32,000 bases of DNA from Cupriavidus necator. GTDB taxonomy: Bacteria; Pseudomonadota; Gammaproteobacteria; Burkholderiales; Burkholderiaceae. The notes beneath the pieces were generated by a model, which saw only the letters and a program-made list of their open reading frames with translations, did no database searches and was not told the origin of the DNA. Where the stretch lies: positions 2,370,001-2,402,000 of the forward strand of contig NZ_CP066018.1 in the NCBI RefSeq assembly GCF_016127575.1. Direction: 5' to 3'. This document shows, piece by piece, positions 10,801 to 17,203 of this stretch. The number at the start of each line of letters is the position of its first letter. Position 1 is the first letter of the stretch. The translations under genes and the position numbers were made by a program.

Positions 10801-11157
10801 CGCCAGCGCGCGGCCCTTGTCGCCGAACAGGGCCAGCTGTTCGGGCTCGGGGCCGACAAAGATGATCTCCGCGGCTGCGCAAGCGCTGGCAAAGTCGGCG
10901 CGCTCGCTGAGAAAGCCATAGCCAGGGTGGATGGCGTCGCAGCCGGTGGCGCGCGCTGCGCTGATGATGGCGGGAATGTCGAGATAGGCAGCGGCCCCCT
11001 GGCCCTGCAGCGCGACAGCTTCGTCGGCCAGCAGGCGGTGCCGGCTGGCATCGTCGTCGGTGGCATAGACCGCCACGGTGGCGATGCCAAGGTCTCGTGC
11101 GGCGCGCTGCACGCGCAACGCGATCTCGCCACGATTGGCGATCAGGAGCTTCTTCAC
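7831..11157 (-). CDS. Single-chain multi-domain biotin-dependent acyl-CoA carboxylase (biotin carboxylase + BCCP + carboxyltransferase fused; LCC-like)
   Basis: 1108-aa ORF with GTG start at 11157 preceded by GGAAGGGGA. BC domain motifs KKLLIANRGEIALR, GGGGRGMR, EANPRLQVEHTVTE. Biotinyl domain VAVLDAMKMEH, with the biotin-lysine codon (Lys539) at 9541-9543. C-terminal ~500 aa resemble an acyl-CoA carboxylase beta/carboxyltransferase (TPGFMVGPEVE, KGYGLGAMAM). Confidence 0.9.
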   Translation of the reverse strand: MKKLLIANRGEIALRVQRAARDLGIATVAVYATDDDASRHRLLADEAVALQGQGAAAYLDIPAIISAARATGCDAIHPGYGFLSERADFASACAAAEIIFVGPEPEQLALFGDKGRALALAARCGIPVMPATAGGATLDAVTAFFDEQDGAGVVLKAVGGGGGRGMRVVRERDALPEAYARCRSEARSAFGIDAIYAERLVARARHIEVQIAGDGHHVIALGERDCTLQRRFQKVVEIAPSPALDPALRRRIVDAACTLAREARYRSLGTFEFLVEEPEEGARRDGAALPFVFIEANPRLQVEHTVTEQVTGVDLVAVQLGLAEGRRLAELGLDPQHPPRVRGYAIQVRVNAEATDAQGLARPAQGRLERFDPPTGPDVRVDTHGYTGYAPSAHYDTLLAKLIVTSASDNFADAVRRLQRALGEFNIGGIVTNLDLLRALAERDDFASQHVHTRYMEAALPALLERAAQIAAQDAARQALAGGSAPRVAAPSSTASFEERLGEGLCAVRASMNGRVIELARENDLVKAGQTVAVLDAMKMEHAIVAEHAGRVIDLRTASGEQVAEGQVMLVLEPADAGAHADGEAEHTDPSAIRADLQRVLDRHAFLYDAARPEAVARRHARGQRTARENVDDLCDAGSFREYGGLALAAQASRRSEADLIANTPADGLITGTGAVNGSLFAPERARCAVLAYDATVLAGTQGKRNHIKTDRILEVALRNRLPTVIFAEGGGGRPGDIDFPTVAGLYQPSFAAFAELSGEVPVVGIASGRCFAGNAALLGCCDLIIATRNANIGMAGPAMIEGGGLGVFRPEDIGPATVQYHNGVVDLLVDDEADAVAAARHYLSMFQGRVDDWQAPDTLALRQVVPENRLRVYDTRAAIAGLADAGSVLELRAGFGTGIHTALARIEGRPVGILANNPRHLGGAIDADAADKAARFMQVCNAHGLPIVSLIDTPGFMVGPEVEARAQVRHVSRMFVAGAKLRVPFLAVVLRKGYGLGAMAMAAGGFRAPTFTVSWPTGEFGGMGLEGAVRLGFRKELEALPAGPQRDALYQQLVAQMYERGHAINAAAALELDAVIDPAATRQWVVSGLEAGAANPQRPMRTFVDAW

Positions 11158-11355
11158 AAATGTCCCCTTCCATGCGAAGCGGCGTCGCGCAAGCAGCGTT
11201 GCGTGGCCGGCTTCTGTTTTTTGGTTTGTGATTCTGCGAGGTGGAATCTACGCGGCTCGTCCAGGGGTCACAAGCGCGATGCGCCAGAACCATGTATGAC
11301 ATGCCGCGCGTGCATAGCGCGCGAGCGAGGGGGAGGAGGGGTGCTGCCCGTTCTG

Positions 11356-11370
11356 TTCTGCATTGCAGAA
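11356..11370. promoter_or_regulatory. Perfect palindrome TTCTGCA-T-TGCAGAA; candidate operator about 200 bp upstream of the carboxylase start
   Basis: Read directly from the sequence. 7-bp arms with a 1-nt centre, in the 354-bp non-coding gap 11158-11511. No binding protein can be assigned from sequence alone. Confidence 0.3.
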
Positions 11371-11390
11371 TCTCGGGCGGTGTGGCGGGT

Positions 11391-11420
11391 CGATCCAGAG
11401 GCCCGGCTGGCCTTGGATCG
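11391..11420. repeat. GC-rich extragenic hairpin (12-bp stem with one bulged G, 5-nt loop); REP-like or terminator-like
   Basis: CGATCCAGAGGCC-CGGCT-GGCCTTGGATCG, paired by hand. Lies between the metG 3' end and the carboxylase promoter region. Confidence 0.4.
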
Positions 11421-11465
11421 CTACCGATGGGACGCGCGGAACATGGCGTTACCGCGGGTTTGCCG

Positions 11466-11489
11466 CCCTCTCCCGCCAGCGGGAGAGGG
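11466..11489 (-). terminator. Hairpin 22 nt downstream of the metG stop (10-bp stem, 4-nt loop), without a U-tract
   Basis: CCCTCTCCCG-CCAG-CGGGAGAGGG, a perfect stem. No T-run follows on the minus strand, so intrinsic-terminator function is uncertain. Confidence 0.4.
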
Positions 11490-11511
11490 GAACGGCAATG
11501 AGTGCCCTGCT

Positions 11512-13572
11512 TCAGCCGATGCGCATGCCCGGCACCGCGCCCTCGTGCGGTTCCAGGATATACAGGCCCGGCGTGGCCTTCTCATCCGCCGCAGACGCAG
11601 CCAGCACCATGCCTTCGGACACGCCGAACTTCATCTTGCGCGGGGCCAGGTTGGCCACCACCACGGTCAGCTTGCCGACCAGCTGCTCCGGCGTGTAGGC
11701 CGACTGGATGCCGGAGAACACATTGCGGGTGCGGCCTTCGCCCAGATCCAGCGTCAGCTGCAGCAGCTTGTTCGAACCTTCCACCTTCTGGCATTCGACG
11801 ATCTTCGCGACGCGCAGGTCCACCTTGGCGAAGTCGTCGATGGTGATGGTGTCGGCGATCGGCTCGATCGCCGCGCCCGCGGCGGCCGGCGCCGCGGTTG
11901 CCTGCAGCGATTCGCGGTTGGCAGCCAGCAGCGCGTCGACCTGTTTGGCATCGACGCGCGTCATCAGGTGCTGGTAGGCCTGCACCGGGCTGGCGGCCGA
12001 CAGCTGCTTGTCGATGGCACGCCAGTCCAACGGCTCGACGTTCAGGAAGCGCTCAACGCCGGCAGCCACGTTCGGCACCACCGGCTTCAGGTAGACCGTC
12101 AGCAGGCGGAAGGCTTCCAGCGAGACCGAGCACGCCGCATGCAGCGCCGCGCGCTTGTTTTCGTCCTTGGCCAGTTCCCACGGCTTCTCGGTGTCGACGA
12201 AGGCGTTGACCGCATCGGTCAGCTCCATCACCAGGCGCAACGCCTTGCTGTACTCGCGGGCTTCATAGAGGTGGGCGACCTGCGGTGCGGCCTGGCGCAG
12301 CTGTTCGAGCAGCGGGTGGGCCAGCGCGGCCTCGTCGACCTTGCCTTCGAAACGCTTGACCAGGAAGCCCGCGGCGCGGCTGGCGATATTGACGTACTTG
12401 CCGATCAGGTCGCTGTTCACGCGCGCAATGAAGTCATCGAGGTTCAGGTCGAGGTCTTCCATGCTCGCGTTGAGCTTGGCGGCGAAGTAGTAGCGCAGCC
12501 ATTCCGGATTCATGCCGGTGTCGACATAGCTCTGCGCGGTGATGAAGGTGCCGCGCGACTTGCTCATCTTGGCGCCGTCCACGGTCAGGAAGCCGTGGGC
12601 GAACACATTGGTCGGGGTGCGGTAGCCCGAGAAGCGCAGCATCGCCGGCCAGAACAGCGTGTGGAAGTACAGGATGTCCTTGCCGATGAAGTGGTACTGC
12701 TCGGCGGTCGAATGCGGGCCGACCCAGGCGTCGAAGTCGATGCCCTTCTTTGCGGCCAGGTTCTGGAAGCTGGCGTAGTAGCCGATCGGGGCGTCCAGCC
12801 ACACGTAGAAGTACTTGCCGGGCGCGCCGGGGATCTCGAAGCCGAAGTAGGGCGCATCGCGCGAGATGTCCCAGTCGGACAGGGTCGAGGCCTCGCCCTC
12901 GGCGCCCAGCCATTCCTGCATCTTGTTGGCGGCCTCGGGCTGGGCCAGGTCGGCCACCCATTCGCGCAGGAAGGTCTCGCAGCGCGGATCGGACAGCTTG
13001 AAGAAGTAATGGGCCGACGACTTGCGCACCGGCGTGGCGCCGGACACCACCGAATACGGGTTCTTCAGGTCGGTCGGCACATAGGTGGTGCCGCAGACCT
13101 CGCACGAGTCGCCGTACTGGTCCTTGGCGCCGCACTTGGGGCACTCGCCCTTGATGAAGCGGTCCGGCAGGAACATGTTCTTGACCGGGTCGAAGAACTG
13201 TTCGACCTCGCGCTCGGCGATCAGGTCCTCGGCCTTCAGGGCCAGGTAGATCTTTTCGCACAGCTCGCGGTTTTCTTCAGCGTCGGTGCTGTAGTAGTTG
13301 TCGAACGACACCAGGAAGCTGTCGAAGTCGCGCTTGTGCTCGGTCCAGACGCGGTCTATCAGTGCCTTGGGTGTGATGCCTTCCTTCTCGGCGCGCAGCA
13401 TGACCGGCGTGCCGTGGGTGTCGTCGGCGCCGACGTAGTAGACCTCGTTGCCCATCATGCGCTGGAAACGCACCCAGATATCGGTCTGGATGTATTCCAC
13501 CAGGTGGCCGATATGGATCTGGCCGTTGGCATAAGGCAGGGCGGATGTGACGAGGATGCGACGTGCGGTCAT
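11512..13572 (-). CDS. metG: Methionine--tRNA ligase
   Basis: Track ORF, 686 aa. HIGH region ([12 protein letters not shown]), KMSKS loop (GAKMSKSRG), zinc knuckle [18 protein letters not shown], and a C-terminal Trbp111/EMAP-like tRNA-binding domain ([23 protein letters not shown]). Confidence 0.97.
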   Translation of the reverse strand: MTARRILVTSALPYANGQIHIGHLVEYIQTDIWVRFQRMMGNEVYYVGADDTHGTPVMLRAEKEGITPKALIDRVWTEHKRDFDSFLVSFDNYYSTDAEENRELCEKIYLALKAEDLIAEREVEQFFDPVKNMFLPDRFIKGECPKCGAKDQYGDSCEVCGTTYVPTDLKNPYSVVSGATPVRKSSAHYFFKLSDPRCETFLREWVADLAQPEAANKMQEWLGAEGEASTLSDWDISRDAPYFGFEIPGAPGKYFYVWLDAPIGYYASFQNLAAKKGIDFDAWVGPHSTAEQYHFIGKDILYFHTLFWPAMLRFSGYRTPTNVFAHGFLTVDGAKMSKSRGTFITAQSYVDTGMNPEWLRYYFAAKLNASMEDLDLNLDDFIARVNSDLIGKYVNIASRAAGFLVKRFEGKVDEAALAHPLLEQLRQAAPQVAHLYEAREYSKALRLVMELTDAVNAFVDTEKPWELAKDENKRAALHAACSVSLEAFRLLTVYLKPVVPNVAAGVERFLNVEPLDWRAIDKQLSAASPVQAYQHLMTRVDAKQVDALLAANRESLQATAAPAAAGAAIEPIADTITIDDFAKVDLRVAKIVECQKVEGSNKLLQLTLDLGEGRTRNVFSGIQSAYTPEQLVGKLTVVVANLAPRKMKFGVSEGMVLAASAADEKATPGLYILEPHEGAVPGMRIG

Positions 13573-13727
13573 AAACAGGAGCCGGTCAGGAGCGGGGAAA
13601 TATCAGGGGGACGGCGCCAGCCAGGAAGGGAGGGCGCGTGCCGGGAAGGGGCTATTTTAGCAACTGGCCAGCGCCTGCGCGCCGGTTCCGCATGGCGGAA
13701 TGGCGAAACCCACGGATCCGTTCGGCC

Positions 13728-13755
13728 AAAAAAAAGCGCCGGTCAGAACCGGCGC
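13728..13755 (-). terminator. Rho-independent terminator of the OmpA-like lipoprotein gene
   Basis: The minus strand reads GCGCCGGT-TCTG-ACCGGCGC followed by eight T (plus-strand A-run 13728-13735). It lies about 105 nt downstream of the stop at 13862. Confidence 0.75.
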
Positions 13756-13861
13756 AGCTTTCCACAACGGAAAAGGAGGAGAAATCAGGTACCGCCCGGG
13801 AGGTCAGCCACCCATCGCGAGCCAGCAACGGTGGCAAGCGGCACCTGTTTCTATGACTAGG

Positions 13862-14500
13862 TCATCCTTGAATTGGTTTCAAAAAAATTTCGACGCGGCG
13901 ATTTTGTGCCCGTCCGGCCTCAGTGCCGTTGTCCGCAACCGGCTGGGATTGCCCGCGCCCTTCGGCCGTCAGTCGGTTGCGTGCGACGCCGCGATCACCC
14001 AGGTAGCCGGCCACGCTCTGGGCGCGGCGCTGCGACAGCTGCATGTTGTAGTTGGGGTTGCCGGTGCTGTCGGTATGGCCCACCACGTTGGCGCTCACGT
14101 CCTGGTGCTGGCCCAGGGTCTGCGCGACCTGGTCGAGCACCGAGCGGAACGACGGCTTGATGGTGGCGCTGTCGGTATCGAAGGTAACCTGGCTGGGGAT
14201 GTTGACCTTGAGCGTGCCATCCGGCTGCTCGGTGATCTGAGTGCCCGTGCCCGCGGTGTCCTTGTTCAGCTTGCCGCGGATGGCGTTCCAGTTGTAGCCG
14301 GTTGCGCCGCCGATGGCACCGCCCACTGCCGCGCCCACCAGCGTGCCGGTGGTATTGCCGCCGATCAGGTTGCCAAGCCCGGCGCCGACCGCGGCGCCCA
14401 CGCCGGTGCCGACTGCCGTATGGGTTTGCTGTTCAGTGGCGCAACCTGCGGCCAGCAGCGTGGCAGCGGTGAGCGAGACAGTAACGAGCTTGATCTTCAT
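13862..14500 (-). CDS. OmpA-family peptidoglycan-associated lipoprotein with N-terminal glycine-zipper region
   Basis: Track ORF, 212 aa, with GAAGGAGA upstream of the ATG. Lipobox LLAAGC. Gly-zipper GVGAAVGAGLGNLIGG...GAAVGGAIGG. OmpA_C-like domain (GHTDSTGNPNYNMQLSQRRAQSVAGYL, NRRVEI). Confidence 0.9.
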   Translation of the reverse strand: MKIKLVTVSLTAATLLAAGCATEQQTHTAVGTGVGAAVGAGLGNLIGGNTTGTLVGAAVGGAIGGATGYNWNAIRGKLNKDTAGTGTQITEQPDGTLKVNIPSQVTFDTDSATIKPSFRSVLDQVAQTLGQHQDVSANVVGHTDSTGNPNYNMQLSQRRAQSVAGYLGDRGVARNRLTAEGRGQSQPVADNGTEAGRAQNRRVEIFLKPIQG

Positions 14501-14839
14501 GCTTTCTCCTTCTGATGTTCCCGTAAATGTTCTTGGTACCGCATCGCGATGGTAACGCCAAGGCTAGCGGCAGGTAACCCTTTGTACGCGTCGGGCCCGG
14601 CCGGCCCGGGCACCGCCTGCGATGCCGGCGTACCGGGCCGACCAACCGCACTACAATATGGATATGGCGGCGCGCGCACAAGTGCAAGCTTGTGAGATTT
14701 GTAAATGTCTGTAATCCCACACCCTATGCAGGGTATTGCGCGCGGATTTCCGGCGTTCATGGCCGGTGCTGCATACTTTGATACATTAGGCGCAGGCCAT
14801 CATGCGCCAGTCCCCCCAATCATCGAAGCGGAGTATGTC

Positions 14840-15928
14840 TTGAGCGTCAGCACTGAGCAGGTCACCGAAGCCCTGCGCACCGTCATCGACCCCAATACGG
14901 GCAAGGACCTGGTGTCCACCCGCTCGGCCAGGAACATCCGCGTCGACGGCGGCGATGTCTCGCTGGAAGTCGAACTCGGCTACCCCGCGAAGAGCCAGTT
15001 CGATCCGATCCGCAAGCTGGTGGTTGCTGCAGTGCGGCAAGTGCCGGGCGTGAGCAACGTCAGCGTGGCCGTGACCATGAAGATCGTCGCGCACGCGGTG
15101 CAGCGCGGGGTCAAGCTGCTGCCGGGCGTGAAGAACGTGATTGCGGTGGCGTCGGGCAAGGGCGGGGTGGGCAAGTCCACCACGGCCGTGAACCTGGCGC
15201 TGGCGCTGGCGGCGGAAGGCGCGCGCGTCGGCATGCTCGACGCAGACATCTATGGGCCGAGCCTGCCGATGATGCTGGGCATCGACGGCCGCCCGGAATC
15301 CGCCGACGGCCAGACCATGGAGCCGCTGGAAGGGCACGGCCTGCAGGCCAACTCGATCGGCTTCCTGATCGAGCAGGACAACCCGATGGTATGGCGCGGC
15401 CCGATGGTCACCTCGGCGCTGGAGCAGCTGCTGCGCCAGACCAACTGGCACGATCTGGACTACCTGATCGTCGACATGCCGCCGGGCACCGGCGACGTCC
15501 AGCTGACGCTGTCGCAGAAGGTGCCGGTCACCGGCGCGGTGATCGTCACCACGCCTCAGGATATCGCGCTGCTGGATGCCAAGAAGGGCCTGAAGATGTT
15601 CGAGAAGGTGGGCATTCCCATCCTGGGCATCGTCGAGAACATGGCGGTCTACTGCTGCCCGAACTGCGGCCATGTCGAGCATATCTTCGGCCACGGCGGC
15701 GGCGAGAAGATGTGCGCCGACTACGGCGTCGACCTGCTGGGCAGCCTGCCGCTGAACCTGCAGATCCGCGAGCAGGCCGACTCCGGCCGCCCGACCGTGG
15801 TGGCCGAGCCCGACAGCCCGGTGGCCGGGATGTACCGCGCCATCGCGCGCAAGGTGGCGATCAAGGTCGCCGACAAGGCGCGCGACATGACCAGCAAGTT
15901 TCCGAGTATCGTGGTGCAAAACACCTGA
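14840..15928 (+). CDS. apbC: Iron-sulfur cluster carrier protein ApbC/Mrp (NBP35 family)
   Basis: Frame of track ORF 14705..15928. I prefer TTG 14840 (GGAG 8 nt upstream), which gives 362 aa beginning MSVSTEQVTEALRTVIDPNTGKDLV (MIP18/DUF59-like domain). Deviant Walker A SGKGGVGKST and the CPNCGH motif are present. Start codon is uncertain; ATG 14705 is the alternative. Confidence 0.88.
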   Translation: MSVSTEQVTEALRTVIDPNTGKDLVSTRSARNIRVDGGDVSLEVELGYPAKSQFDPIRKLVVAAVRQVPGVSNVSVAVTMKIVAHAVQRGVKLLPGVKNVIAVASGKGGVGKSTTAVNLALALAAEGARVGMLDADIYGPSLPMMLGIDGRPESADGQTMEPLEGHGLQANSIGFLIEQDNPMVWRGPMVTSALEQLLRQTNWHDLDYLIVDMPPGTGDVQLTLSQKVPVTGAVIVTTPQDIALLDAKKGLKMFEKVGIPILGIVENMAVYCCPNCGHVEHIFGHGGGEKMCADYGVDLLGSLPLNLQIREQADSGRPTVVAEPDSPVAGMYRAIARKVAIKVADKARDMTSKFPSIVVQNT

Positions 15929-15950
15929 GCGCGCGCCGCGCGCAGCAACC

Positions 15951-16484
15951 ATGGAAAGCCAGCCTGCCCCCGACCTGCCGGCACCCGCTGCCCGCCCCGC
16001 CGTCACCATGGCGGTGGTGATGCGCAAGGTCGCGCTGGCCAACCGCTGGCAGCCGTGGAAGTGGGAGCTGGACGCGGTGCTGCCGGACCTTGGCGAGTTC
16101 GGCACGCATCCCGTGTGCCTGGAGCACGACGCCCACGGCGCGCACTGGCTCTACCCGGGCTTCGAGGTGACGTTGTTCCGCGACCAGGGCGAAGGCTATT
16201 ACCTGAACCTGACCTCGACCACGCCGTGCTGGTTCGTGCTGTGGCGCATGCCAGAGGACGACGGCGCTGGCGAAGAGGCCCATCCGGTGCCGATGACCGT
16301 GACGCTGTCGTACAACGAGGCCGGCCGCTGGCTCGATGCCGGCGAGACCGTCGAGAACGTGCCGCTGGCGCCCGAGCAGCGCGAGTGGCTGCAGGCCTAT
16401 GTCGACCAGCACTACCGGCCCGAGCCCAAGCAGCGGCGCCGGCCCGAATCCTTCAAGGCGCCGGAAGACCGCGCCCGCTACTGA
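15951..16484 (+). CDS. DUF3305-like protein (uncharacterised; FDH-associated)
   Basis: Track ORF, 177 aa. The strings NRWQPWKWEL, EGYYLNLTS, CWFVLWR and VENVPLAPEQREWLQAYVDQHY match my recollection of the DUF3305 family. Starts 22 nt after the apbC stop. No obvious SD, so the start is uncertain. Confidence 0.75.
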   Translation: MESQPAPDLPAPAARPAVTMAVVMRKVALANRWQPWKWELDAVLPDLGEFGTHPVCLEHDAHGAHWLYPGFEVTLFRDQGEGYYLNLTSTTPCWFVLWRMPEDDGAGEEAHPVPMTVTLSYNEAGRWLDAGETVENVPLAPEQREWLQAYVDQHYRPEPKQRRRPESFKAPEDRARY

Positions 16485-16511
16485 TCCTGACGACCTGAGC
16501 TTGCCCTGCCG

Positions 16512-17102
16512 ATGAGCGATTCGTCCTTCCTGTCGCGCTGGTCGCGCCGCAAGGCCGCGGTGCGGGAGGGCGTGCCCGTGCCGGCAGAACCGGCACCACC
16601 GGCGCATGCCGAAGCCGTCCCCGCGGCCACCGGGGCAGCACCCGAAGCGCCGCAAGTACCGGCCCCGACGCTGGAGGACGTGGCCGCGCTGCGCCCCGGC
16701 GACGAGATCGCCCGGTTCGTGGCCCGCGGCGTGGATGAGTCAGTCAAGCGCGCGGCGCTGAAGACGCTGTTCGCCGATCCGCACTTCAAGGTCATGGACG
16801 GGCTCGACATCTATATCGACGACTACAGCAAGCCCGACCCGATCCCGCCGGAGATCCTGCGCCAGCTGCGCCAGTCCGAGACACTGGGCCTGTTCGAGCC
16901 GACCGACGAGGAACGCGCGGCGGCACAGGCCGCGGCCGCCGCCGCAGGGCCTGTGGATGTACCGCCGGCGGCGCCCGCCGAGTTCGCCGAATCCGGCGAG
17001 ACCGCCGACACTACGGACATACCCGCACCAGTCGAAACGCCGCAGCAAACTGTAAGTCAAAGCGCAGAACAGGGCCCGCAAGACCCGGATAAATGCGCGT
17101 AG
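16512..17102 (+). CDS. DUF3306-like protein (uncharacterised; FDH-associated)
   Basis: Track ORF, 196 aa. N-terminal FLSRWSRRK is recalled as the DUF3306 hallmark. The C-terminal half is Ala/Pro/acidic-rich and low-complexity. Confidence 0.75.
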   Translation: MSDSSFLSRWSRRKAAVREGVPVPAEPAPPAHAEAVPAATGAAPEAPQVPAPTLEDVAALRPGDEIARFVARGVDESVKRAALKTLFADPHFKVMDGLDIYIDDYSKPDPIPPEILRQLRQSETLGLFEPTDEERAAAQAAAAAAGPVDVPPAAPAEFAESGETADTTDIPAPVETPQQTVSQSAEQGPQDPDKCA

Positions 17103-17203
17103 CCTCACAGGTGCAGCGCAGCCTACAATAGGCATCCCCACAATCCGCCGGCCCGCAGACCCCTCGCCAAGAAGGACGTCCGGACCGGTCAGCCGCATTC
17201 GCC

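Noticed and set aside
11185-11222. Weak hairpin plus T6 run as a plus-strand terminator
   Set aside because: No plus-strand gene lies upstream and the stem is only about 5 bp. More likely it is part of the A/T-rich upstream region of the minus-strand carboxylase promoter.
7738-13860. 2040-aa plus-strand ORF, 6.1 kb without a stop codon
   Set aside because: It runs antisense to the well-supported carboxylase and metG genes. Its translation is Arg/Ala/Gly/His-rich and low-complexity with no motifs. This is the typical shadow frame of GC3-rich genes.
14705-14839. ATG 14705 as the apbC start (407-aa form)
   Set aside because: The extra 45 aa (MSVIPHPMQGIARGFPAF...) resemble no Mrp/ApbC N-terminus and there is no good SD. 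TTG 14840 has a GGAG and yields the usual ~362-aa protein. Not fully excluded.
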